Positions 36,450-49,877 are shown, counted from the first letter of the stretch. The stretch is 64,000 nt of DNA from Felis catus (GCF_018350175.1 NC_058368.1:99388001-99452000), one strand, 5' to 3'. A program made the numbers and translations. Notes: generated by a model not told the origin, from the letters alone.

Positions 36450-39400
36450 CTCTGTAATGCAGGCAAGCTTGCAAAATATGCTGGAAGAAAATAAAGAAAA
36501 CTTAAACAAATCATGTGGATGGATGAAAAAGGTCACTTTTGTTAAGATGCCAATTGTCCTAAACATTTACAGGCCCAACAAATGACATCAAATTATATAA
36601 AGTAGTAACTGAAAGAACTGAAAGGAAAAACTGACCCACAGTTATACCTGAAATATAAGTATAAGGTACAGAGTGCTCCTCTCTCTGTAACTGACAGAGC
36701 ACATAGACAAAAAATTAATAAGGATGTATGGGACATGAACAACAAAATGAAATAATTTTACCTTTTTAGCTTTTAGCGGACTACCCAGCAATTCAAGGGT
36801 ACCTGCTGATTTTAAGTAAACCTGGACATTGACAAGGATCATATTACTTAGGTTATTGAAATGTACAATGTATATTTTCTGACCCCAGTAGAATTGGACT
36901 ATAAATCAACAGTGAAAAAATACCTGGAAAATCTCCTTTAATTTAAATACACAGTACATGGATTCAAAAAAATTACAGATGATATTAGCAAATATTTATA
37001 TTGAATGAAAAGGGAAACACAAAAAACTTGAAAGATGCAGTGAAAGCAATGCTTGGAAGGAAATGCACAGCATTATATTCTTACAGTAGAAAATTAGAGC
37101 TATCCCAAATGTCTACCTTACATAGAAATAAAGAGCAAATGTAATGCAAAGCAAGAAGAAAGGTGATGATGAAGAGCAGAAAACAGTGAAATATACACAA
37201 ACACACTCCTGCCCACACAAAAAATACATACTGAAACACACACAAAGACATACACACACAGAAAATCAAGAAAACCAAAAGCTGATTCTTTCTAAAAAAT
37301 TAATAAAAGTGATAAAACTCTAGCAAGATTAATAGATAAAATTAAAACAATGTCATGAATGAAGGGGGAACCATACATCTTACAATAAAATTATAATAAG
37401 TAAATAGCTTGAACAACTTTATACAACAACAAATTTTGATAATGTAAATAACAGAAAAATTCCTTTGGGCTGAAACTAACAACTTATTCAAGAAGAAGTA
37501 GATACTTTGTATAATCTTAGCCATTATATAAATAGGGTTCATTGTTAAATATCATCCTGTAAAGAAAACTCCTGGTCCAGATAAATTTGTTACTGAATTC
37601 TACCCAACATTTAAGCAAACAAATACACTTTATACACAAACTTTTCCCATAAATAAGAGGGAACATGTCTGAATTTATTTTATAAGGACAGCATTTATAA
37701 GGACCCTGATACAAAACCAGTCAAAAGCATTATAAGAAATCTATCTATAGACCATTATCCCTCATGAATAAAGACACAGTATTTTAAAAATTATAGAAAA
37801 TAGAATTCAGCAATGTATAAAAATTACAATATATTATGACCAAATTTTTCAGAAATGGAAGTTTGTGCCAGTGTGCCAGTGTTTAAAAACCAATCAATAT
37901 AATGCACTATATCACAGTACTGTAATGAAGTAAAATGATCATCAATACATGGAGAAAGAGCATTAGTCAAACTTTAATTCATGATTTAAAAGAAATTTCT
38001 GGTGAGTGTAGATAGAAGGAATCTACGGTCCTCCATCGAACACAAAACATCCACTAGGAAACTGATCCTGAAATATTAAGTACTTTCCCAACACTCCCTT
38101 CCCTATGAAGACCACAAAGAAAGGATATCTACTCTTATGAGATTTTTTTCAACATTTGATTGGCAGACCTAATCAGGACCAGAAAAGAAAAAAATATAAA
38201 AAGCACAGAGATTGTAAAGAAAGAAACTGTCTTTATTCATTTAGGACATATTTTCCTATGTAGAAAATCCCGAAGAAACTACAATAAAGGTAGTACAACA
38301 AATAAGTGAGCTGAGTAGTGTTAGAAAATACAAGAGCAAAATACAAAAATAGATTATATATCTCTATAATGACCAGGAAGAGTTGGAAAATGATAATGGC
38401 ATATATTTTAATAACATGAAAGTATGAAATACTTAGGGATTAATAAAACAAAATATATACAAGATTTGTATGCTTAAATAAATAAAACATTGATGAAAGA
38501 AACTAGGAATTCAGTATATGAAGAAATACATTGTTCATGCAGTTACTCAATATTATTAAGATGTCAGTAGTCCCCCTAATTTAACTGTACATTACATGTG
38601 CTCTCAATCAAAATCGTAGATTTTTTTTAGAAGTTGACAATCTAACTTGAAAATTTATAATGAAAAGCAAAGAAAGCCAAAATAGTTTCAAAAATATTAA
38701 AGTTGTTGGCCTCTACTGTCTGATTCCAAGACTTACCCTAAAACTAAGATAATCAAGACAGTATGGTATTGGAATAAAAATAAACATATGAATCTTTGGG
38801 ACAGAATAGAGAGTCTAGGAATAGACCCTCATATTCATAATGCCAAGGTAATATAATAGAAAGAGTAATTTCAACAAATAATGCTGGAATACTTCAAAGA
38901 TAATGAAAACAAATAAACCTTGTCCCTTCTTACAGCCATATACAAAAATCAAATTAAATGTGGTCAAAGACCGAAATGCAAAGAGAATACTTATGATAGA
39001 AAAAAAATAGAAGAAAATTAGTGACCTTGATGGACAAAAATCAAAATCATGAATGATAATTCTATATTGAACATCCTTCACATTAAAAGTTTTTTTGCTT
39101 TTTGCAAATGACTATACCAAATACAAAATCAAGCCAATACTTTGAGAAAATATTTGTGTACACATATCTAACAAATGACTGGAGTCCAAGTTATCTGCAA
39201 AACTCTCATAAATAAGACAATGTAATAAAAATGGGCAAAAATGTGAGCACTTAACCAAAGAATATTTTTGAATGAAAATGTGTACATGGCAAGATATTCA
39301 ATGTCATTAGTCATTAAGGAAATGACAGTTAAAACTAAAGCCAATACCATGAGTACATCTTCGCAGGAATGACTAAATGAAAAACAGAAAGGCAGTTAGT

Positions 39401-39460
39401 AGGGTGGGCTCAATTGTGGACCAAGTAGAATTCTCATACATGGTGGTGGAATGCATAGCA
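36450..39460 (+). mobile_element. Old, highly degraded L1M ORF2
   Basis: Colinear endonuclease-RT-C-terminus remnants (cctggtccagataaattt...attctacccaacatttaag; tatgtagaaaatcccgaaga; aatcaagacagtatggtattgg). Confidence 0.85.
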
Positions 39461-39838
39461 CCTGAAAAGGTGTTAGCTCTTGGAGAGATTTTTCCAACTC
39501 GTTGGCCATAGTTTTTCCAGAAATACAAGAATCCTAGAATAATAATTTACTACCGTACGCATACTTTCCACTCTCATAGACCTCACAAAGCATAGTTTAC
39601 ATATTCATTATACATATTTTTTAAAATAATGAGATTGGTACCATTACGTTATTACTTCTAAGTCAATTATCAAAATTAGGAAGCAAATTATCTACTTATA
39701 TTCTAGAGAAAGATTATCATTTGCTCATAAAAATTTGTCATGACACCAGACTGGAGTGAATACTGCATAGGCAAGTATATTCGCATCCATTCAAATTTTC
39801 ATTTTTAAATTATGTATTTGTTCTACATGTTTTGTTAG

Positions 39839-39900
39839 ATGAACCACGTACGGAAATGGTGCAGAAAAGGGTACTTGTGCTATTGTGTGAACCCAACTTG
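39839..39900 (+). pseudogene. Candidate exon (62 nt, phase 1-0)
   Basis: Acceptor ttgttctacatgttttgttag, donor ttg|gtaaat; open EPRTEMVQKRVLVLLCEPNL; phase matches exons 29567 and 40489. Confidence 0.5.
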
Positions 39901-40488
39901 GTAAATATCATACCCACAGGTTTAGCCAAGGATTCTTTTCAGTCATACTCGGTCCCTGGAAGATATTGACCCATATGTTTTGCTTCACTTCATTATATTT
40001 GCTGTGGCCTTTCAGTATTCCCGTACTTTGTAAGGGTCTCAGACAGATTGGTGGTGACCATCCATCTACCTTTTCACCCAGTTGGTTTTACGTGAATACT
40101 ATTAGCTTCTTTCTCCTGTTTATTGAAAGAAAGATGTACAAAGAGTAGGAGAATACCTGTTACACACTTGTTGAATTTACATGCTCTTGTACAAGGGTGA
40201 GATTATGCTCATTAATACTGCAATTTCCTGGCTATTTTATGTTATGTTTTCTAAAAATCTTTTTTTTTCTTTCTTGTTGTTCCTTTAAGTCACAAAGTAT
40301 TTGAAGACTGGAAAACATTGTAATAATTTCTGGGCACTTGGATAAAATTTACAACAACGCTGCGTTATACATGCCAAAACAGTTCATTTCACTCAATGAC
40401 AAAAGAAAAATCTGTATAAGCATGGGATCCCTTTATAAACATGTTTTAAATGAGTAAATTATGAAACTTTCTATTTGCCTCTATAAAG

Positions 40489-40720
40489 CAATTTGTCAGC
40501 CTATGTGCTTGGCATGGTTATGAAATATTTGTCCATAATGTTTATAAGAACGAGACATTCTGCTTCAGCTCTCACAACTGTGGAGGCAAGATAATTGTCT
40601 CCATAATTGATAGCAGTTTTGTCTGACTAATCATCAAACTTTGTAGACTGTGCAGAAGCAACCCTTGCTGCTTTGGATAATTACATCTTGATATTCATCA
40701 GTGTCTTCATAGGGCATCAA
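40489..40720 (+). pseudogene. Candidate exon (232 nt, phase 0-1), two stops
   Basis: Acceptor ctttctatttgcctctataaag, donor caa|gtgagt; QFVSLCAWHGYEIFVHNVYKNETFCFSSHNCGGKIIVSIIDSSFV*LIIKLCRLCRSNPCCFG*LHLDIHQCLHRAS. Confidence 0.5.
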
Positions 40721-41279
40721 GTGAGTGGGTAAAAGTTCTGTCAAAGTGATTCTATTCAAATTATCAACACTTTATTTTAAGGTCACTTCAGCTGTGCTGC
40801 TCAGATATGACGTAGATGATGGTTAACGTACAATTAATATTAAAAGAGTTAAAATTTACATACAGATGACTCTTTAGAGCATAAAATAAGTCCATGTAAG
40901 GAAGCAAAATAGTTTACTAGTTTAAAGATCTGTGGTAAATAATTTCTAGAAGCATGAGGTATTTCAAATTTCTCAAGAGATTTAATATGTACCCAGAACA
41001 AGGCATTGCTATAAGAGGATGCAGGGCATTGTCAATTTACAAAACATGTTTTACTGCCCAAGATTCACATTTACTACCATGAAGTCAGATGTAATTCATG
41101 GATGCAGAATTAAAATATTCTAGAAATCTCTACAGCCCGAACTCAAGGCTGTGTAACTTCAAACTCCCGTGATTTTTTGCCCTGTTCCACTGCGGTCTAG
41201 AGCCTCTGTATTAAGGAACTCAGCTCTACTGAGGATCCCTGACATATATGCTCTTTGCTTGAGAGAAATGTGTAAACCA

Positions 41280-41482
41280 GGAGCGCCTGGGTGGCTCAGC
41301 CAGTTAAGCGTCTGACTTTTAATTTTGGCTCAGGTCATCATCTCATGGTTCATTAGATCAAGTCCCAGGTCAGTCTCTGTGTTGACTGCGCAGAGCTGCT
41401 TGGGATTCTCTCTCTCCCTCTCTCTCTCTCTGCCCGTCCCCTGCTCATGTTCACTCACTTTCTAAATAAATAAACTTAAAAA
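41280..41482 (+). mobile_element. CAN-SINE
   Basis: Degenerate TSD gagaaat(g/a)t(g/a)taaaccag. Confidence 0.93.
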
Positions 41483-41669
41483 CACAGAGAAATATATAAA
41501 CCAGTAGTGGTTGCAATCATCTGGCACATTCTTGACTTTCTGCGTATCACATTCTGCTGTTTCCTTCGTTGGGGTCTGACAGCTAGGTAATTGTAAAAGC
41601 ATCAACTTCCATGCAGTCTAAACTTGAGGGTGCATAAAATTCTGCATTTCAGAGAGTGGAGACCTCTGT

Positions 41670-41773
41670 GGCATGGACCCCTGACTGCAGGAAAGTGTGA
41701 AATAATAAATATGGATTGTTTTAAGTCACCAAGTTTGTGATAATTGGTGACACAGAAATCCAATAGTAGTACA
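41670..41773 (+). mobile_element. MLT1 LTR 3' end
   Basis: gtgtgaaataataaatatggattgttttaagtcaccaagtttgtgataattggtgacacag. Confidence 0.65.
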
Positions 41774-41978
41774 GGAAATGCTCAACAAATATTTGTTAAA
41801 CATTTTATTTCGAAATGTTAACTGAACCCTGGACACTGGCCTTTGCCTTGATTGTCGATCCACCGTTAAGCCAGCAGGCATAATTTAACTTCGATCATGA
41901 ATGATAACAAGCAGTGGGATGTTTCTAGTGTATATCACGTGAACACAATCTTACACATAAAGCTTTTCTGACTTCTAG

Positions 41979-42139
41979 ATTGATGTGCATTTAGCGAGAT
42001 GGTTTTGAAAGTCTAATGTTTTTTGATTCTGTACATTGATAGTGTGATCGATAAGCACTTTTGCTCGCTTAATTTCCTGTCAGTCTGAACAGTTGTTTGT
42101 TGATTATTTAAAAGAGTTTTGCAGTGATGTGCTTCCAAG
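41979..42139 (+). pseudogene. Candidate degraded exon (161 nt, phase 0-2)
   Basis: Acceptor gcttttctgacttctag, donor aag|gtagag; 3 stops then SISTFARLISCQSEQLFVDYLKEFCSDVLP. Confidence 0.35.
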
Positions 42140-42225
42140 GTAGAGTCTGGTATTCAACTGTGAGCTTTGGTTTGGCAGGAAATGTATGTAATTAAGCGTT
42201 GCGTGTTCACCACCTCGCCGTTTCT

Positions 42226-42455
42226 TTTTTTTTTTTTTTTAATTTTTTTCAACGTTTTTTATTTATTTTTGGGACAGAGAGAGACAGAGCATGAACAGGG
42301 GAGGGGCAGAGAGAGAGGGAGACACAGAATCGGAAACAGGCTCCAGGCTCCGAGCCATCAGCCCAGAGCCTGACGTGGGGCTCAAACTCACGGACCGCGA
42401 GATCGTGACCTGGCTGAAGTCGGACGCTTAACCGACTGCGCCACCCAGGCGCCCC
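42226..42455 (-). mobile_element. Young SINEC_Fc-type SINE
   Basis: Perfect 18-bp TSD caccacctcgccgtttct. Confidence 0.97.
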
Positions 42456-42596
42456 CACCACCTCGCCGTTTCTGATGCATACCAGGGCCACACTCAAAGT
42501 TTCTTAAAAATCGGTGTGCACAGTACGTAGTAGTAGAGCATTGTATTTTCTAAAAATACATCAGATGATAGAATTTGAGTGATTTTATTCATACAG

Positions 42597-42628
42597 GGTA
42601 ATTATAAATTATAAAGCAAGCGTCACTG
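42597..42628 (+). pseudogene. Candidate exon (32 nt, phase 2-1)
   Basis: Acceptor gattttattcatacag, donor ctg|gtatgt; open VIINYKASVT; phase matches exon 41979. Confidence 0.4.
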
Positions 42629-42949
42629 GTATGTGACATCTCTAATGTATAATGTGTAGCTGTCCAAATGGGAAGCTTCCAATATAAATTACAAATGTGG
42701 CGTAGATCTGTTCCTTGCTCATATTCCCGTTTCCTGGAAGTTACACCCATCTCCCACTTACTGTGCCTGTTGGTTGATGATTTGCTGAATCTCTCTCCAG
42801 GGAATGCCTCAAAGATGTGACAATTCTTTGTTGTGATTGACACTCCATTGACTGGTAATGGAGAAGTTCACTGAAGATTACTTCTTTGGTTTACCCTGTC
42901 TTGTTTTCCTTTCTGTCTTCTAGGTTTATTTCTAAAAAAAAAAAAATCG

Positions 42950-42971
42950 TTTTTAATGTTTGTTTATTTTT

Positions 42972-43017
<46 letters not shown>

Positions 43018-43191
43018 ATGTAAGCAAGGGAGGGGCAGAGAGGGAGAGAGATGGAGACGCAGAATCCGAAGCAGGCTCCAGGCTCCAAGCTGTCAGCACA
43101 GAGCCTGACTCGGGGTTCGAACTCAGAAACAGTGAGATCATGACCTGAGCCGAAGTCAGGGGCTTAACCGACTGAGCCACCCAGATGCCCC
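42950..43191 (-). mobile_element. CAN-SINE with (GA)n
   Basis: TSD ctaggtttatttctaa. Confidence 0.95.
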
Positions 43192-43709
43192 TAGGTTTAT
43201 TTCTAAGGAGTACTGTGTAAGTCACGTGCATCTGTATCACAATCCATGATTTCATTATCTATATATGATCCATATGTGAAAGAAGCTTCTAGGCTGCCCC
43301 TTGTCCCAGGTGCTTCCTCTTTATTCTCCCCACCTAAAACTAAAAAGATACACTATCCACCACCAGTCCCTCTGCCCTCAACACACATACAGTGGTCAGA
43401 CGTTGGCAGGATAGCCGCATTCAAAAAGAATGGAAATGGAAAATACTGTACGAGTCACTGGCTCATAGCATTACAGAAAGGCATCTGAGCACATCCATCT
43501 AGGTCCTTTTGTTTCAAAACGGAATGTTCTTTGAATCTTGAACAGTTCCGCTACCTGGGAGTTGTTCCCTTTAATCCGCTATTCGCCACATCTCTTTGCT
43601 AAACCCTCAGAGCGTTTCCTTCTTTTCCATAAGAAGTGTCCGATGTTTGGAATGCACAGCTTTCTTAATCTGTTTCCTGTTTGTACAACGTCGTCAGCCA
43701 GAACCTACT

Positions 43710-43968
43710 TTTCTTTCTTTGTTTCTTTCTTTATTTTTTTTTTTAAGTTTACTTATTTATTTTGAGAGACAGAGAGAAAGAGCATGTGTGCAAGCAGGGG
43801 AGGGGCAGAGAAAGAGGGAGACAGAGAATCCCAAGCAGGCTCTGTGCTATCTGCTCCGTGCTATCTGCTCTCTGTGCTACATGGGGTTTGATACCAAGAA
43901 ACATGAAATCATGACCTGAGCGAAAATCAAGAGTCAGATGCTCAACTGACTGAGCCGCCCAGGCGTTC
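43710..43968 (-). mobile_element. CAN-SINE with internal 14-bp tandem duplication
   Basis: ctctgtgctatctg unit repeated at 43840-43879. Confidence 0.9.
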
Positions 43969-44570
43969 CATACTTTTCATTTTTACTCTCTCATGCCTTT
44001 ATCGTCTGTGCTGGTGGTGCTTAGGCCAGGACACCTCTCTTAAAAACATTGTTATAGTTCTGTGAATCTCTCTGTCCCAAAAGTGATATTCAGAATTATT
44101 TCTGAGATTCATCTCTCTCTATTTGCAGTGAGGTAGGCTGCTATGGGATAACGCTCTTAAGATTCGTTTAAGTCCTCTGTATTTCTTAGAAATTAGTATC
44201 TGCTTTGCTTATTTCTTTTTTGCAGTATCTTCTAGCACTCAGTGGGAAAACTCATTTGGCACTTTCAACATTTTAACTGGATACCTCCTTGTCCAGATCA
44301 ACAAGTCTCTTAAAGAGATTTACTAACTTCCAGCTTCCCTCGGCTCATACTTTCTGCCACTTTTTTTTTTCCTACCAACACTGGGCTTGATTCACCTTTT
44401 TTGAGACTCCAAGGACATCTTCCTTTCTGTCTTTTCATGCTCCACAAGAGTTTGCCATTTATTCATCCTTCTCAGCCCCCTTATCAGTGTTCCAGCCTTT
44501 TCCTGCTGTCTGATCCCAAATTCAGTGCCACATACTTCAGGGTTTTGTTACAATGCTGACTACCAATTCC

Positions 44571-45058
44571 TGTGTTATTTTTCCATTTCTACATAATAGA
44601 CCATCCCTGAGTAGAGTAGTATCTTCAAATAATAATCATTTGTTTGTTCTCGATTGAATGGATCAGCAGTTTGGCCTGTATTTACTCATGAAGATGCAGT
44701 CATCTGGCCTCTCAGATGTGTCTGTATTTTGCAAAGTGGCCCCAGTGCCTGCTCTGTTTGTCAGCCTGGCTTTTCTTTCCATGTGGTCCTTTAACATATG
44801 GGCTTTCTTATAGAGAAGCAAAAGGGTAGGCTTTCTCACCTCCTGAGAGGGTGGAAGGTGCAAGGCCTATTAAAAGCTAGGCTGGAAAGTCACAAAACTT
44901 CATTTTTGTTGAGTACTATAGGTCATAGTATGTCACAAAGCCAACCCAGATTTAAGGATGTAAAAACAGACTCTGTACTTCATAGGAGGAGATGAAAAGG
45001 ATTATGATACAGGTATGAGAGGGATTATTGTGGCCATATTTGCAAATAATCTACCACC
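44571..45058 (-). mobile_element. MLT1-type LTR
   Basis: gtcacaaagccaacccagatttaagg...gtggccatatttgcaaataatctaccac. Confidence 0.75.
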
Positions 45059-45823
45059 ATTGAAGAATTTAATTGATGGATTAGCCTGCATGATGTATTT
45101 TATCCTACGATTCCTAATAACAAAAAATGGTTGCTTTATAGTGCTAGAACTTAACATTGACAGAGATTTCAAGCAACTCATCAAACATAATTCTCTGGAC
45201 CAAATTCTCATATCAGAGATAGTTTCATGTCCCATTGCCAAATTATTATTAAGTAGGCAAGTAAATTAAACTCCCAAGAGATAATATGACTTATAAATAT
45301 TTATTTTTGTTTGTGTTTATTATGAATAATTTTTTCCTCAGTGTTATATTTTTTCTTATTTTCCCAAATTGTCTACTCTTTGTCATAGTTACCCTGTTTA
45401 ACATTATTGTACTTTGACATTTTCACGTATGCTATTTTATTTGAGCTTTTTAGTTACATTTGCTAACTTTAAACTGCAATTAAAGAGATGTTATTCTCTA
45501 ATGGTTAAAACGTTCTTTACCTAGCTAATTGAAATAATCTCGGAACATAATTTTTCCTAATATATTTAAGTCCATTAAAATGTTTTAATAGCATGCTAAA
45601 AATCTTAGCAGATTGTTAATAGTTATAGTTTACATCCTGAGTATTTTGAGAGGTGGTTTATAAGCTCATAGTTACTTTAACAAATTAATGCCATGAAACT
45701 GACTCATGTTTACTGTGTAAAAGTCTCAACTGACTTTTGAGACATTCTCTGTGCCGTTCAAAATTGTGTTGAAAACCCTTGTTTTGATTGCAGAGTTCCC
45801 CTAGAAATTATAATCATTATTAT

Positions 45824-46033
45824 TTTTTTTCAACGTTTATTTATTTTTGGGACAGAGAGAGACAGACCATGAACGGGGGAGGGGCAGAGAGAGAGGGAGA
45901 CACAAAATCGGAAACAGGCTCCAGGCTCTGAGCCATCAGCCCAGAGCCTGACGCAGGGCTCGAACTCACGGACCGCGAGATCGTGACCTGGCTGAAGTCG
46001 GACGCTTAACCGACTGCGCCACCCAGGCGCCCC
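45824..46033 (-). mobile_element. Young SINEC_Fc-type SINE
   Basis: Perfect TSD tataatcattattat. Confidence 0.97.
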
Positions 46034-46550
46034 TATAATCATTATTATCCCAAGTATCTGCCATACATTTCACCTGGTCCAAATATAGAGTAGATCATTG
46101 TGTTTATGAATATTTATAGAGAAGAACAATCTTAAAGTCATTTGCAGCTTATGAAATGATGCTCTAATGGGTTTCCTTTAACTTTATATTAACGTTTATA
46201 AGAAACTGGTCTAGAAAAAGTATTTTAATCTTTCTATTCTTCTTTTATTGAAGTGTTATTACCTATACTCTGGTAAGTTATAAAATATCAGACTAACTCT
46301 GACTGTTCTAGTTTGCCTTCTTTGTTTTCTCTCTTTGTTTTGGCTTATGACTTACTGTCTCTGCTAAAAATATCAAGAATATAGATTTCAAATTTCTCTA
46401 AAAAAATGCTAAACTAACATTGAAAAATTAAGCTAGTAACTAAAATCTAGTTTTTCTGGCATATATCTTCAGTAACTTTTGTGTAAAAATAAAAGAATTG
46501 CAATCACGAGTAATGTTTATGTGTTTAGAGATAGTAATTCTCATGTTGTT

Positions 46551-47152
46551 TGGTATAGACTGAATTATGTTCCTCCCAAATTCACATGCTGAACCCAACC
46601 CCCCAAATGACTGTATTTGAGATATGGTGTTTAGGAAGTAATTTAGGTAAGCCAAGGTCATAAGGGTAGTACCTTAATCCTATAGGATGTGTGGCCTTAC
46701 CACATGTGGAAGAGAGAGGCTCCTGGGTGTCTGAGTCAGTTAAGTGTCTGATTCTTGATTTCAGCTCAGGTCATTATCTCAAGGTCATGAGATCAAGCTT
46801 TGAGTCAGGGTCTGGGCTGGTGTGGAGCCTGCTTAAGATTTTCTCTCTTTTCCTCTGCCCCTCCCCTGTCCTTGTGCACCAGCATGGGCTCTTTCTCTGA
46901 AAAAATAAAAAATAAAGGAAATTTTATAAATTGAAAAAGAAGAAGAGAGAGTGATGACTCTCCACTCTCATGCACCAAGGAAAGGCTATGTGAGCACACA
47001 GTGAGAAGACTGCCATCTGCAAGCCAGGAAAAGACATATCAGAACGTGACCATATTAGCACTGTGATCTCAGACTTTAAGGCTCCAAAACTCTTAAGAAA
47101 TTAAGTTTCTATTGTTGAAGCCACCTGGTCTATGGTATTTTGTTATGGCAAC
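46551..47152 (+). mobile_element. MLT1A/B-type LTR interrupted by a CAN-SINE (about 46718-46940)
   Basis: gactgaattatgttcctcccaaattcacatgctgaa...gccatctgcaagccagg...gccacctggtctatggtattttgttatggca. Confidence 0.85.
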
Positions 47153-47712
47153 AAATATAGTGCTTTAAAGTTTAGTTCTGTGTAGATTTTAATTAAATGG
47201 CTTAACATTGTGAAGCCTTATTCCTCAATCTGGTTCTTCGAGGAATGATTTCACAAAATTTTCCTGGAGGAAAGCTTCTGCGATTAAATAAATTGGGCCA
47301 GGCTGCATAATGTAGGACCCTCTTGGAAATTCACAGTATGCATTCATGCATCATACGTGGGCTGCTGTCATCCCACTGTTTACTGCTGTGTAGCCCAGAT
47401 AAAGCTAAAATTTCTTAAGATAAAATTTTTAATTCCAATTTCATCTCAGCATAAAGAAATAAGTAAATAAAACCCATTCAAAACATTGAAAAGCAGTATG
47501 TTCTTTCCCTGAAAATTTATTGAAGACATGGAAGAGAGGAGTCACAGAAGTCATTACACAGTAACACTGACTAAAATTCTGTTTAGCAATGTAGCACTCA
47601 AAATTCCACACCAACTGTAGTCAACACCTCTTTCACCTTTCCCTCTAAAAAGTTCCTTGAAAAGTCCTATTTCCATGCCTGTTTTGATTTTCTTCTCTTC
47701 TTCCATATTTAG

Positions 47713-47723
47713 ATCTCCCAATG
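47713..47723 (+). other. Candidate 11-nt microexon
   Basis: Long polypyrimidine tract tttcttctcttcttccatatttag then atctcccaatg|gtgagt. Confidence 0.35.
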
Positions 47724-47751
47724 GTGAGTTTACTTCCTTAATATACAGAGA

Positions 47752-47827
47752 TTTATTTTATTTATTTTATTTTATTTTATTTTATTTTATTTTATTTCAT
47801 TTCATTTCATTTCATTTCATTTATTTA
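47752..47827. repeat. Compound (TTTTA)n/(TTTCA)n microsatellite
   Basis: Directly visible. Confidence 0.92.
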
Positions 47828-49240
47828 CACAGCACATTTTAGACCTGCTCTCACTGCTCTCATGTATTCCCATAGTTTGATAAGTAACAAAGATATCTGC
47901 TTATAAGACCATGTTTTGACATTTTGTTGTTTCACACAGTTGCTTACTCTGTACTCCCTACACTTTATGTTATAACACACCTATCAATATCATAAGGAAT
48001 GAGTATTTTATTGGATGCAAACTAGGAATATGTGTTATGAGCATAGTTTTGTGTCCACATGGGTTGAAACTTCAGTTATTCCTACCACTGTACCTTCCAA
48101 ATAGCAGGTGGATAATAAATGCACATTTAAAAAGTAATTGAATGTTGACATGTCAGCATTAAAAGAAGCACACCAAGCTTAAATGTTCACTTCTGGGGCA
48201 AAATATAATCACACTGAGATTCTGATGGCCTACAAATACTTAACTAGTGTGGGAAAAATGAAAGAGTCAAAACCAATTCCCCTTTTCTAGATTTATTAAT
48301 AATCCTTGTCCTTTTTAACAGTGTGCACATGGGGTGGTAATCTTATGTATGCACATGTCTGAAACATAGTGAAGTACCTTCTCTAATATCCTAATTATAA
48401 TCCATTTCGAAGCAATTACAATACCAGTTTTCCGAAGAGCTTAATGTCCCTTTCTGCAAGGCCTCATAGTTCATAGCCAGAAATTTTAGTTTAAAATACA
48501 CAACACAGTTCTACTCATGAAGGATTGACTGCCAAAAAAACCAGTTCTCTCTTGATAAACAACTAGAAAACTGAAAGAAGACATAAAACAAGTTTTTACA
48601 CATTGGATAACAGGCCCCATAAGTCAGATCCCTGAGAAAAGAATTTCACCAGCTTGCTACCCAGAGAGTTTCCAGGCCATATCCAAGGAAGATGAGAGTG
48701 AATGTTCTCAGTGAGTTAAGTTGGTGTATTTGAAGGGCAGGGAGGTCAAGAAACCAAAAATTTGTGAAGAAGATTATCAGAGAGCTACAAAGAGAACAAA
48801 CTTTGGTGATGGGCATAGCCTGTGGCTGAACGCCAATCTATGCATCAGTGAGAGAAAAACTCCCTGAGGCTGTTAGGGAGCACCATAAGAAATCAGTAGG
48901 CTGAAAAATTCCCAAGGCTCATACAAGCCTAGGAGTAGTTAATTCCCATCAGCCATAGATAAGAGATGTCACATTACTTGCAGCATTGAATGGATTCCCC
49001 AGAAAGGCGTAACCTTTGTAGTGGTGATAAATTAGTTCCAACAAAAAGGCTGCTTGGGGTTCACCATGGCAAAGCTTAATAAAGTAATCATTAATGGGGC
49101 CAAATTGGTTTAAAATTTATTTGACTACACATCTCTTGCTAAAACCAAAGACAGAATTTTAAAAGCAGCAAGAGGAAATAAATCTTCACATCCAAGGAAA
49201 TCCCCTTTAGGCTATCAGATTTCTCAGGAGAGCCACAAAT

Positions 49241-49320
49241 GTCTGCGGCCATACCACCCTGAATGCACCCAATCTCGGAAGCTAAACAGTGTCTGGCCTG
49301 GTTAGAACTTGGATGGGAGA
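49241..49320 (+). pseudogene. RNA5S: 5S rRNA retropseudogene, 3'-truncated, tailless
   Basis: gtctgcggccataccaccctgaatgcacccaatctc-ggaagctaaacagtgtctggcctggttagaacttggatgggaga matches mammalian 5S nt 1 to about 90 with a 10-nt deletion; TSD agatttctcaggaga. Confidence 0.95.
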
Positions 49321-49824
49321 TTTCTCAGGAGAAATCTTGCTGGCCAGCAAAGAGTGGGGGAATATATTTAAAATGCCAAAAGGAAAAAAAAAAAAGGCCA
49401 ATCAAGGACACTTTACCTGGAAAAGCTGTCTTTCAGATTGAACGAGAAATAAAGATATTCTCAGACAAAAAAAAAAAAAAAAGAAAGAAAGAAAAAAAGC
49501 TGAAGATGTTCATCACATCACCATTAGACCTGTCTTATAGGAAAGAAATGCTAAAGGGAGTTTTAAGGACTGTAACTAATAATATGAAATTCCATGAAAG
49601 TATAAAACTCACTGGTAAAGTTAAGTGGTAAGTATGCAGTCAAGTTCAGAATGCCCTAACACTGGAATGTGGCAGTGTGCTATTACTTAAGTCTAGTAGA
49701 AAGGTTAAAAGACAAAATTATTACAAATGACTATAGCTACAATAATTTATTAATAGAGGCACAGACAAAAAGAGGTAAATTATAACGTGAAAACATAAAA
49801 TGTAAAGAGGGAGGTGAAAGACGG

Positions 49825-49829
<5 letters not shown>

Positions 49830-49877
<48 letters not shown>

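Noticed and set aside
33085..39460. Active full-length L1
   Set aside because: Pieces differ in age and orientation, with many stops and frameshifts.
49241..49320. Functional 5S rRNA gene
   Set aside because: Lacks the last ~30 nt and terminator, has a 10-nt deletion and several substitutions, and is flanked by a TSD.
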